Positions 1 through 7,949 of a stretch of DNA of 52,775 bases are shown one piece after another. A model generated the notes under the pieces. It was given only the letters and a program-made list of their open reading frames with translations. It had not been told where the DNA came from and searched no databases. Source of the DNA: a virus (lineage: Duplodnaviria > Caudoviricetes); the IMG/VR virus record IMGVR_UViG_3300030329_004607, positions 1 to 52,775 of that record, one strand, 5' to 3'. A program made the translations under genes and the position numbers. The stretch's first letter is position 1. Each line of letters opens with the position of its first letter.

Positions 1-113
1 CCTATAAAGTGATTCATTAATATCTTCCTCAGCAAAAATCTGATCTTCAGGTGATTTTGCTTGATTCATATACTCCTGATAGAACTTTGCAGGAGTTCCA
101 CTATCAATATAAA
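1..113. repeat. 113-bp terminal overlap (identical to 52663-52775): circular or circularly permuted assembly
   Basis: Exact match of both ends; the TerL reading frame is continuous across the join. Confidence 0.97.
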
Positions 114-918
114 ATTGCTTACGTTCTTCTAATTTTGATAATGGCCAACGAGACGGCCAAATAGGTTTGCCATCTTCAATTGCTTTTTGTGTATAAACTT
201 CCCATGAGTACGATTCCCCAGTCTTTTCAGCATCTCTTGCCCCCATGACTAACCCATTTAAGAATGAATCCCAATGGACGATAGTGCCATTACACCACAA
301 GAATCCATTCTTATCAAAATCAATTGCTGGGAAAACAGCTGCAGTTACCCAGTTTTTAATTTGCTGTCTAGCCTCTGGAGTCTTTGTATTTAGTTCAGAT
401 TCAAAATCATCAAGCACCATTCCAGTGAATCGTGTTGATAATTGTTTTTTACCTCTAAGTCGCTGATTAGCTCCCTTTGCTATCATCCTACAGCCATTTG
501 ATAAAGTAAACTCGGCTTTTGTCCATTTGTTCCCTTGCATGTCTCCAAAATAGTAATGTATTGCAGGATTGAGTTCTATATGGTTCATAACCCAAGATAA
601 ATTGTCAATTGCTTGATCTTGTGCCTCACCAATCCATGCTATAAATTCTGGTCTATCTTGAGTGGCAAATAAGAAACGATGAAGAATAGCAGTTGATGCT
701 AATGTTGATTTAGCGTGGTCACGTGGCAAGACAAGTCCAATTTGTTGTTTTGTCTTGTCTAAAAGCAACTTCCCTACCTCTACGTGGAAATCAGGTGTCG
801 CAGAAGCAAGGAAGTCCTGAGGAGAGAAAAGTTTTCCAAAAGTAATAAGATTAGTATGAGCAGCAACTAAGGCTTCTTCATTCTTTGATACATCTCCATT
901 TAAGTTTAAATTAGCCAA
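1..918 (-). CDS. terL: Terminase large subunit, N-terminal ATPase part (continues at 52662 to 52018; ~520 aa total)
   Basis: Manual translation from TTG at 918: MANLNLNGDV...; Walker A-like LPRDHAKST, Walker B GMVLDDFESE; in frame with the 52018..52731 ORF. Confidence 0.93.
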   Translation of the reverse strand, partial: MANLNLNGDVSKNEEALVAAHTNLITFGKLFSPQDFLASATPDFHVEVGKLLLDKTKQQIGLVLPRDHAKSTLASTAILHRFLFATQDRPEFIAWIGEAQDQAIDNLSWVMNHIELNPAIHYYFGDMQGNKWTKAEFTLSNGCRMIAKGANQRLRGKKQLSTRFTGMVLDDFESELNTKTPEARQQIKNWVTAAVFPAIDFDKNGFLWCNGTIVHWDSFLNGLVMGARDAEKTGESYSWEVYTQKAIEDGKPIWPSRWPLSKLEERKQFYIDSGTPAKFYQEYMNQAKSPEDQIFAEEDINESLYR

Positions 919-1065
919 TTAATGCCTTGCTATTTCAACAGCCATTGAAACATAGGCATGAACCAATTGCATTATATAATTAACATCACGTAATATTAAA
1001 AATAATATTATTATGATTAAAATCATCCATGCTATTGATATTAGTTTACTTATGTCTATTTTCAT
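919..1065 (-). CDS. 48-aa single-TM protein (lysis cassette candidate)
   Basis: Manual translation MKIDISKLISIAWMILIIIILFLILRDV...; abuts the TerL start. Confidence 0.6.
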   Translation of the reverse strand: MKIDISKLISIAWMILIIIILFLILRDVNYIMQLVHAYVSMAVEIARH

Positions 1066-1285
1066 AAATTATGTGTTCACAAACATCTTCTTCACAATCA
1101 TAGTCATCTTTATGTCCAAAATGAAAATGATCTACTTCACAGTACTTTGGGCAAAAATCATACCCAGATACTCTAACCATCAACGTATCCCCACCTCCAA
1201 GTGCCTGTGGCTTTGGTTTTACCCTGTCTGTCTCCCAGGCAATGAATCCAGCCATTAAAATCATGAATAGTGTCTGCGTTAGCAC
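1046..1285 (-). CDS. Small secreted or membrane-anchored Cys/His-containing protein
   Basis: Hydrophobic N-terminus, CPKYC..HFH.GH..C...C; packed in operon with overlapping start/stop. Confidence 0.6.
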   Translation of the reverse strand: MLTQTLFMILMAGFIAWETDRVKPKPQALGGGDTLMVRVSGYDFCPKYCEVDHFHFGHKDDYDCEEDVCEHIIYENRHK

Positions 1286-1425
1286 TATTTCTTACCATAA
1301 ACGAAAACCCCAATATTTAGACAACCGATTATAAAAACGAACCATGTTCCACCCATATGCCACATGTAGAGATTAAAAAGCCCCACAAATAGATTCAATA
1401 GGCGTAACTTGTCCCTTTTTGTCAC
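1285..1425 (-). CDS. 46-aa two-TM holin-like protein
   Basis: Manual translation MTKRDKLRLLNLFVGLFNLYMWHMGGTWFVFIIGCLNIGVFVYGKK; GTG overlaps the endolysin stop. Confidence 0.6.
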   Translation of the reverse strand: MTKRDKLRLLNLFVGLFNLYMWHMGGTWFVFIIGCLNIGVFVYGKK

Positions 1426-1811
1426 TTTAATTCAAAATGTACCAGGTCATCAAAGTTATTATCTGATAAATCATTATCTCCATCCCAGTCGCCACCCCAA
1501 CGAATTGGGATGTTCAACCTCCAAGCTACACCTTTAACGAAACCAGCAAAATAACTGAACCGCTCTCTGTCTTCCCAATCAATTGGATATGGTGCAACAT
1601 CAACAGCTATTGATGGTTTTTTGTTATGCTTACCTTTTGGCCACCTTAATTGTGAATTACCTTCAGCGTAAGCCTTATTTTGGTCTTTTTCACCTCTATG
1701 CCCCACCAATATTGAACAATCAAATGCTTTTACTACCTCATTAAAAAGCAATTGCAACTTTTCATCGCAAGTTTTTAGGCGTTTACGAGATGATCTTCCA
1801 AATTTTGCCAT
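1422..1811 (-). CDS. Endolysin, peptidase M15 (L-Ala-D-Glu peptidase type)
   Basis: Motifs GHRG..DQ, KH...AVD, WGGDW, D..HFEL typical of M15C phage endolysins. Confidence 0.9.
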   Translation of the reverse strand: MAKFGRSSRKRLKTCDEKLQLLFNEVVKAFDCSILVGHRGEKDQNKAYAEGNSQLRWPKGKHNKKPSIAVDVAPYPIDWEDRERFSYFAGFVKGVAWRLNIPIRWGGDWDGDNDLSDNNFDDLVHFELK

Positions 1812-2053
1812 TATGCATCTCCTCTTTGTCCATCTTTTCCCATGAACTTTGTTAAATGGTTATCAGTATCAAATTCAGACTCACAATGAGGGCAAAGCCA
1901 ACCAATAACTTCGTCATAATCACCAAGTAAGCCCACTCTTTGAGTATAGGTGTCATCTAAGTACAAATCTTCCTTGCAAATTGGACAAGGATCAACAATT
2001 TCACTCTTCTGAGTCTTTTTCGACATGTGCGATGAGCTCTGGCTCTCCATGTT
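1811..2053 (-). CDS. Small zinc-ribbon protein (start uncertain)
   Basis: CPIC...CPHC motifs; lies between terS and the endolysin. Confidence 0.6.
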   Translation of the reverse strand, partial: NMESQSSSHMSKKTQKSEIVDPCPICKEDLYLDDTYTQRVGLLGDYDEVIGWLCPHCESEFDTDNHLTKFMGKDGQRGDA

Positions 2054-2765
2054 TTTTAACTCCTTCCAGCTGCTCAGGTGAAAAACCAACCCAAGCTGTG
2101 ACTTGTTCTGTCTTTTTGTCTTCAGTATCGAATAAACCTAACATTTTAGCTAAACTATCAAGAGCTTTAAGCTTATGGGTGTCATTTTCAGCCATATCAG
2201 CAATTGTCTTGTATCTTTCGACAACATACTCTGGAGTAGCATCATGTTCTTTGAGTACTGCAAGAATCTCTTTTCTAACCATTTTTTGAATTGTCTCCGT
2301 TTTTAGAAGTTTTTCTGTTCTCCTCTTTATGTAATTCTCATTTTTAGCATCAGGGTACGCCATTTTGTATGCATCAAGGATTTTTACACCACTAGCCACA
2401 TATCTAGCAAATAACAGTTCTTTGGAATTCCGCCCACGTTTATTGAATTCTTGTTGGCTAATGTTCTTTCCAGAGAATGTGTATATGTTTTCAGCTATAC
2501 CATCATCACCCAGCATTTCTTTATTCATGTCCTCAGCAAGGAATGTTCCGCAAACAGTGCGGACACAGGAAAAAGTCTTACTTCCTCTTTTTAATTTAGA
2601 TTTTTTTAGGATTTGACACACAAAACCATCATCAGTAAATACCCACTCACCCTCATCACCATGTCTCCAGTTATGACGGACAGGTATACTTGGATGGTGA
2701 ACAGCGAATTCTCCTTTGTTATCAAATAGATAGTGCTTTGTGTTTTTTATTTCTTTGAAATCCAT
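2001..2765 (-). CDS. terS: Terminase small subunit with N-terminal extension
   Basis: C-terminal half LFARYV...AYKMAY...KLLK...KLKALDSLAKMLGLF resembles TerS; heads the operon leading to terL. Confidence 0.75.
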   Translation of the reverse strand: MDFKEIKNTKHYLFDNKGEFAVHHPSIPVRHNWRHGDEGEWVFTDDGFVCQILKKSKLKRGSKTFSCVRTVCGTFLAEDMNKEMLGDDGIAENIYTFSGKNISQQEFNKRGRNSKELLFARYVASGVKILDAYKMAYPDAKNENYIKRRTEKLLKTETIQKMVRKEILAVLKEHDATPEYVVERYKTIADMAENDTHKLKALDSLAKMLGLFDTEDKKTEQVTAWVGFSPEQLEGVKKHGEPELIAHVEKDSEE

Positions 2766-2770
2766 GGTAA

Positions 2771-2799
2771 AATATACGTCAGTTTTTTAAATTTTACAA
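2771..2799 (-). promoter_or_regulatory. sigma70-like promoter of terS (TTGTAA-17-TATATT), probably leaderless
   Basis: -35 at 2794-2799, -10 at 2771-2776, ATG 5 nt downstream, no SD. Confidence 0.55.
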
Positions 2800-2806
2800 A
2801 TTTCCT

Positions 2807-2888
2807 GCTTTATATAATATATAGTATATAATATATAATATATAATAAAGTTCCTTTAATACAGTTTATATTGCTGAACAGTGTGCAA
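2807..2888. repeat. Copy A of a duplicated AT-tract plus 35-bp element (origin-like)
   Basis: GCTTTA, ~40-nt near-pure A/T tract, AATAAAG, then a core 32/35 identical to 9797-9831. Confidence 0.7.
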
Positions 2889-3061
2889 GAGATCACAAAA
2901 GTTGAAAAAAATGTCCGTTTTCAAAAAAATTGGATTAGAATGAGTGCAGTCCTTTCTTTATCCGCATACACCCCCAAACCTTTCCCTCTAGGGTTACGAA
3001 TTTAGTTGAAATTTTCGTTTAATTATAATATTAGTTGCTTTTTGCGTGTAATTTGATGAAA

Positions 3062-3092
3062 GGAAACAAAAAACCGCCCATTTAGGCGGTTT
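3062..3092 (-). terminator. Intrinsic terminator for the leftward early operon
   Basis: Stem AAACCGCC/GGCGGTTT with a T-run on the - strand. Confidence 0.75.
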
Positions 3093-3191
3093 AATGTTTT
3101 AGTGTGTTAATGTGTCAATGTGATTGAATGCGAGGCTTTAAATACCTTATGCATACGCAAACAATATAATGCGTATTAATACCCACTTACA

Positions 3192-3821
3192 TCACAAGTT
3201 ATCATTATCAATAATACATAGAGCGTTATCTTCATTTAGCATTAAATCACCTAATGCACCATCATTCATTTCATATTTATCAAGCATAAAAAACCATACT
3301 TTATTTTGGTTTGGGTTATGCTCAAAAAACTCATCCGCTTCCTTTTTATATTCCTTTGGTATTCTATCTTGATGCAACTTGATAGCCTTATGATTTAACT
3401 CATGCTTTAACTCTTTGTTTTCGGTTTCTTTTAATTCATTCGCAAGTTTCCAATCATCAATCTCATTATCTTTCTTTTTTATTATCTCTTTATTTTTATC
3501 CGCTAGCCATTTATTATCTTTATTCAATGACTTGATGTCATCCTCTTGGTCTACAACCGCAAGTTTTAACTCTTTAACTTGTTGTTTTAACTTTATATTT
3601 TCCTCTTTTATTTCGGCTTTCTTTACGTATGCATCCGCTAAAAATACTTGCTTTTCCGCTTTTATTCTTTTTAACTCTTTTATTTCATCTTTTAGTTTAT
3701 CAATACATTCAACATAATCAACGTGACCATCTTCCGCAATGCTTAACTCGTTTCTTAATACATCGATAACATCCCATAAATATCTATTGTTTTCTACTTT
3801 CTTTATTGATTGAAATTTCAT
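3192..3821 (-). CDS. Early coiled-coil protein, unknown function
   Basis: 209-aa ORF, heptad-rich K/E sequence, purine-rich RBS upstream. Confidence 0.8.
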   Translation of the reverse strand: MKFQSIKKVENNRYLWDVIDVLRNELSIAEDGHVDYVECIDKLKDEIKELKRIKAEKQVFLADAYVKKAEIKEENIKLKQQVKELKLAVVDQEDDIKSLNKDNKWLADKNKEIIKKKDNEIDDWKLANELKETENKELKHELNHKAIKLHQDRIPKEYKKEADEFFEHNPNQNKVWFFMLDKYEMNDGALGDLMLNEDNALCIIDNDNL

Positions 3822-3823
3822 TA

Positions 3824-4000
3824 TTAATCATCCTTTCTATTTATAAAATTAATAAACCTTGAAGAATCAAAGTTTGAATTGTCTTGTCTAAATATTACAA
3901 TTAAATCATTTATTAAACTTGATTTACTAACACAATCGGAGCATTGTTCGTTGTCACGTATAGCATTAGCAAACTTTATAAAATGCTTTCTTGTCATCAT
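3824..4000 (-). CDS. 58-aa early protein of the MTRKHF...DN..FD..RF phage type
   Basis: Manual translation MMTRKHFIKFANAI...QDNSNFDSSRFINFI; strong SD GAGGAGG. Confidence 0.7.
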   Translation of the reverse strand: MMTRKHFIKFANAIRDNEQCSDCVSKSSLINDLIVIFRQDNSNFDSSRFINFINRKDD

Positions 4001-4002
4001 AA

Positions 4003-4176
4003 TTACACCTCCTCGTTTATAGTTTCTAAATATTCGTCTAAATCTCTTCGTTCACTTATTACATCATTTAAATTAATCTCTTCACCATCTACAATTATAA
4101 ACATATCATCATCGTCATTTATTGTAAATTGATAGTTGTTTAATGTTTCTAAGTAATTAATATTATTGAGTTTCAT
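4003..4176 (-). CDS. 57-aa acidic early protein
   Basis: Manual translation MKLNNINYLE...INDDDDMFIIVDGEEINL...EEV; SD GAAAGGA. Confidence 0.65.
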   Translation of the reverse strand: MKLNNINYLETLNNYQFTINDDDDMFIIVDGEEINLNDVISERRDLDEYLETINEEV

Positions 4177-4266
4177 TTTATTCCTTTCATTTAATTAATT
4201 GGTTAATCAAATATATAACATATTGTTAATATAAAAATACATTTATTTTTTAATTATAAATAATAC

Positions 4267-4295
4267 TTGCATATGATATTTATTTAATGTATTAT
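4267..4295 (+). promoter_or_regulatory. sigma70-like early promoter (TTGCAT-17-TATTAT)
   Basis: Near-consensus hexamers, 17-nt spacer, AT-rich upstream, divergent intergenic region. Confidence 0.65.
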
Positions 4296-4407
4296 TACTC
4301 GTTCGCTTTTTGACAAAGAGAGATTATTAAGGGAAAGTAGTTAGGAAAGATATGCTCTTAATAATGGATAAAATCACTCATAATAATAAAGTAAAGGAAA
4401 GAAAATA

Positions 4408-4824
4408 ATGAAAGATTATAGTAAATTACTTGGTTTTGAGAAGAAAGCATCTTCAAGGGGTATAAGAACAAATTTAACTCTTGAAGGTAAAATCACAAAA
4501 CGTCTTGGGGAAGTTATAAGGGAAACATTAACAAGTGAATTTTCCGAGTATTTCCACGAAATTGATTCAACTACAATGATGAAACAGGACAAAGATGGTA
4601 ACTTACAAGATATTACTGATGATAGTGGATATAGAGTTTTAATCCCACTAAATGAAAAAGTAACTCTTCGTAATGGTAAAAACAAAGAAGTTTTAGCCAA
4701 TGCGGTTCGTGTAGGTGATCCACAAGTTTATCTCAAAGGTATTAAGCATTGGGTTTGTGAGTACATTAAATTAAATGGTAAAACTCATACATTCAAAGAT
4801 GGTAAACTAACTCAAACAAAGTAA
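4408..4824 (+). CDS. Immediate-early protein, unknown function
   Basis: 138-aa ORF with its own promoter, SD (AAAGGA) and terminator. Confidence 0.8.
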   Translation: MKDYSKLLGFEKKASSRGIRTNLTLEGKITKRLGEVIRETLTSEFSEYFHEIDSTTMMKQDKDGNLQDITDDSGYRVLIPLNEKVTLRNGKNKEVLANAVRVGDPQVYLKGIKHWVCEYIKLNGKTHTFKDGKLTQTK

Positions 4825-4852
4825 TATTAGCCAAGTAGTACAATAAACCAAC

Positions 4853-4890
4853 AAGCCCCTACTGATACAAATCGGTAGGGGTTTTTTGTT
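4853..4890 (+). terminator. Intrinsic terminator
   Basis: AAGCCCCTACTGAT/ATCGGTAGGGGTTT stem followed by TTTTGTT. Confidence 0.85.
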
Positions 4891-4934
4891 AATAAAATTT
4901 TATTATTATTAAACCACAAAGGAAAGGAAAAGAG

Positions 4935-5093
4935 ATGAGTAACTCAATGTTTGCTGAATTTCATAGTTCAGATGAATACAAAGAAGCATACAAGTCAGTA
5001 ATGGATAATACCATTAAAGATAAACAATTTGAACTTGTAGTGTTTATTGAAAGATTGAGAGCAACATTAATAACTGAAAGGAAAGGAGAGTGA
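4935..5093 (+). CDS. 52-aa hypothetical early protein
   Basis: Manual translation MSNSMFAEFHSSDEYKEAY...; strong SD. Confidence 0.6.
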   Translation: MSNSMFAEFHSSDEYKEAYKSVMDNTIKDKQFELVVFIERLRATLITERKGE

Positions 5094-5094
5094 T

Positions 5095-5403
5095 ATGCCT
5101 GCTTCACCAATAGGAGTAAAATTAAAAGATTATCCAATCAGATGGAAATGGAAACAGAAGGTAATAATACCTGATGAAAATACAAGTACATTCTTTAAAA
5201 TATGGTATGAAGAAAAAGGTGGTGCTGAAAAGAATGACTGGTATGCTTGGTTAATGTGGTGTCCATTTGATGAGCATGGAGTTGATAACTGGGGACACGT
5301 AGAAGAACTGACAAGGGAATCAATAGATATATTAAATACTATTGAAATGGTATTTGATATCAGTTTTCATGACAAAGTAATGGAAGAACTACCATCTGAG
5401 TGA
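5095..5403 (+). CDS. Hypothetical early protein
   Basis: 102-aa ORF, SD AAGGAG. Confidence 0.7.
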   Translation: MPASPIGVKLKDYPIRWKWKQKVIIPDENTSTFFKIWYEEKGGAEKNDWYAWLMWCPFDEHGVDNWGHVEELTRESIDILNTIEMVFDISFHDKVMEELPSE

Positions 5404-5543
5404 TGGAGGAAGAGCAGGGGGTTAACAGATGAAATGCATTTGCTAGGTTTGTTAGCCCTCTGCATTTATTTAACTAAAAAGGAAAGGAAAGGCAATGGAA
5501 AGTAACTGTAATGCTAAAAGAATATCAAATGAAAGGATAACAA

Positions 5544-5723
5544 ATGGAAAATAAATACATCAATCTGCCAATATCAAATGATATGCAGGTACAAGTTAAA
5601 GTAGAACATGAGGGCATTGTTGTAGATGTCTTTAAACAGGAAGAAATAATAGCAACAACATATAAGTTTTTTCATGAATTAGGAATAAATGTAAAGGAGA
5701 TGACAGATGAAACTATTAACTAA
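5544..5723 (+). CDS. 59-aa hypothetical early protein
   Basis: Manual translation MENKYINLPI...EHEGIVVDVF...; SD AAAGGA. Confidence 0.6.
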   Translation: MENKYINLPISNDMQVQVKVEHEGIVVDVFKQEEIIATTYKFFHELGINVKEMTDETIN

Positions 5724-6021
5724 AGAAGTAATAAAGAAAGCAACAAAACAATATACCAAAGGCTCTGACATGGATGAGCAGATGGTAGTAGCCAAGTTCT
5801 TTGATGCTTGGGGTGACTGGAAATGGTATCTAATGAATATGAAGGATGAAACTGGTGACTATGCTTGGGGTATAGTTAAAGGTTTTGATGTAGAGATAGG
5901 TTCATTCAGTTTAACAGAACTTAAACAGGTTCTTGGACTAAGACTTGAACGTGATATGTATTTTGAGCCAATGAAGGCATCTGATGTATTTAATAAACTA
6001 AACAAAGGGGAGCATGTGTAA
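5707..6021 (+). CDS. DUF2958-like protein
   Basis: VVAKFF..W.WY, AWG.V.G..VE.GSFSL.EL, LERD.YF pattern. Confidence 0.75.
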   Translation: MKLLTKEVIKKATKQYTKGSDMDEQMVVAKFFDAWGDWKWYLMNMKDETGDYAWGIVKGFDVEIGSFSLTELKQVLGLRLERDMYFEPMKASDVFNKLNKGEHV

Positions 6022-6233
6022 TGATAATAGATAACCCAAATCATATAGAACTGTATAGAATGATGGTACAACGTCAAGCACTTAAACTACAGATGAAAGG
6101 AATAAAGACAAGAGGTAGGTCTGCTTATTCTTTGATTAAAGAGCAGTATGGTCTTAAAGGTAATATTGCTAAAGTGTATGAGCAGTTCACTATAATAATA
6201 GAAAAAGCCAAACAAATAGAAAGGATGTTTTAA
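6021..6233 (+). CDS. Hypothetical basic early protein
   Basis: 70-aa ORF translationally coupled to neighbours. Confidence 0.7.
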   Translation: MIIDNPNHIELYRMMVQRQALKLQMKGIKTRGRSAYSLIKEQYGLKGNIAKVYEQFTIIIEKAKQIERMF

Positions 6234-6234
6234 A

Positions 6235-6675
6235 ATGAATATAAAAGATAAGATGTTTAAGATATTAAAAGATACAAGAGATTGGTATGCAGAAGACCCA
6301 AAAGGAAGAAGGTCTTTAGATAAAGATGGGAACTGCCTATTTACTTGGGGAAAAAATCACTGCGCAGTTGGTAGATATTTAAAATCAAAATATCAAATTG
6401 AGAACTGGCGTGATAACAATGAATCTGTTAATGAATTAACTGATGACAGTTTAGAAGAAGGTTGTTATAATATAGACTGGGCTCTACGTGATGAGGTTCA
6501 TGGACTTGACCCAGACTTTTGGACACATATCCAAGAATTCCATGACACCAGACATTACTGGCATACTAAAACTGAAAACTGGGACAATGAAACTGATAAA
6601 GGATTATCTTTTCATGGTAAAGATAAATATTATGAAATTCTAAGTAACATAACAGATGGTAAATATGATGAATGA
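6235..6675 (+). CDS. Hypothetical protein (C..CAVG..QEFHD motif)
   Basis: 146-aa ORF in early operon. Confidence 0.7.
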   Translation: MNIKDKMFKILKDTRDWYAEDPKGRRSLDKDGNCLFTWGKNHCAVGRYLKSKYQIENWRDNNESVNELTDDSLEEGCYNIDWALRDEVHGLDPDFWTHIQEFHDTRHYWHTKTENWDNETDKGLSFHGKDKYYEILSNITDGKYDE

Positions 6676-6949
6676 AGAATATAAGTTTCATTGTAATGGC
6701 TGTCAAAAACCTGATAAAGACTTTCCAAATAGGTTTCAAGACTATGAGGTAGGTAAAGAAATACATAACTGTCCACCTGTTACTGAACACAGGTGGGCAA
6801 GAAGGGATATATATGCTATCTATACAGGGCTATATTGTGATGATTGCTATAATAGTGGAGATTCTGATAAATATCCATACAGAAAAGATAGCTATGCTAA
6901 AGACTTGGAATTTGGAGAACATATATATCCAGAAGAAGAGAGGTATTAA
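6668..6949 (+). CDS. Cys-rich hypothetical protein
   Basis: CNGC and CDDC pairs; start uncertain. Confidence 0.6.
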   Translation: MNEEYKFHCNGCQKPDKDFPNRFQDYEVGKEIHNCPPVTEHRWARRDIYAIYTGLYCDDCYNSGDSDKYPYRKDSYAKDLEFGEHIYPEEERY

Positions 6950-7094
6950 ATATGGGTAAGATGAAAAGACTATGGGAGTGGTTTCAAGAAAATGAAAATA
7001 AAATAAACAAGAAAGGGGATGATGGATTTAATAATATATATGATATTTATCTTCATAATAGCAAACATAATAATGGAAATAAGAAAGGGGTAAA

Positions 7095-7334
7095 ATGATA
7101 CAGTTTGAATACAATAATACAATGAAGAGATATGATGTTAAAGTACCATATAATCTTGCTGAAGAAAAACAAGAAATGGTAGTAGTTGCATCAATATCTG
7201 AACAAAGTAAACTAAACTTACTCAGAGAATTGTCAATACCATTAGTTAGACAAATATTACTTAATTGGGATGAATATGAACATCAGATGTCAAGAGAGTT
7301 TGATGATTTGTTTGAAGAGAAAGGAGAAAAATAA
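7095..7334 (+). CDS. Hypothetical protein
   Basis: 79-aa ORF with SD. Confidence 0.65.
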   Translation: MIQFEYNNTMKRYDVKVPYNLAEEKQEMVVVASISEQSKLNLLRELSIPLVRQILLNWDEYEHQMSREFDDLFEEKGEK

Positions 7335-7840
7335 TGGGATTTGATTTATATGGAATGAAACCAGAAGCAAATACACCTGAACCTGAATGGACTAAAGGTG
7401 ACCCTTATATTTCAACTGATATAGAGGGTATAATGCAAGTTGACCCACAGGTAAAAGAAGAATATGATGACTATATAAAAGAAAAAATAAAATGGCAGGA
7501 AGTAAATGGTGGTGCATACTTTAGAAGTAATGTATGGTACTGGAGACCTTTATGGGAATTTGTTTGCACAGTTTGTAATAATGTACTTACATATGATGAT
7601 TATAAAAAAGGTAATTGGAATGATGGTCATAAAATAAGTAAAACAAAAACTAAACGAATAGCAAGCAGATTAAGAGTATTATTAAACAATGGTACAGTTA
7701 ATTCTTATGAAAGATTTCATAAAGAGTGTAAAGATGAGCTTGATGACAAAAACTGGGACAAAAGCTACCCATTTAGCGTAGAGCACGTCAAAGAATTTGA
7801 AAGGTTCTGTGAGAAATCTGGAGGCTTTGAAATACATTAA
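7334..7840 (+). CDS. Conserved phage hypothetical protein (MGFDLY...YFR.NVW.WRPLW...SGGF)
   Basis: 168-aa ORF; motif pattern of a type I recall from phage early regions. Confidence 0.75.
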   Translation: MGFDLYGMKPEANTPEPEWTKGDPYISTDIEGIMQVDPQVKEEYDDYIKEKIKWQEVNGGAYFRSNVWYWRPLWEFVCTVCNNVLTYDDYKKGNWNDGHKISKTKTKRIASRLRVLLNNGTVNSYERFHKECKDELDDKNWDKSYPFSVEHVKEFERFCEKSGGFEIH

Positions 7841-7853
7841 ATAACTAATAATT

Positions 7854-7928
7854 AAGGGGGTGGGCTTGTAGGCTGGTTACCTACTGCAAGTGTTTTGTAT
7901 TTCCTTGCACCTTTCTACCCACCCTCTT
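7854..7928 (+). ncRNA. Candidate three-way-junction cis-regulatory RNA
   Basis: Closing stem AAGGGGGTGGG/CCCACCCTCTT encloses GTAGG/CCTAC and TGCAAG/CTTGCA hairpins. Confidence 0.5.
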
Positions 7929-7949
7929 TTAACTGAAAGGAGAAAAATA

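Noticed and set aside
3163-3179. T7-like promoter (TAATACG on the - strand)
   Set aside because: Only 7 nt match and no single-subunit RNA polymerase is encoded
4213-4240. dif-like site (ATATAACATAT resembles the XerD arm)
   Set aside because: No XerC arm at 6-bp spacing; AT-rich promoter DNA explains the match
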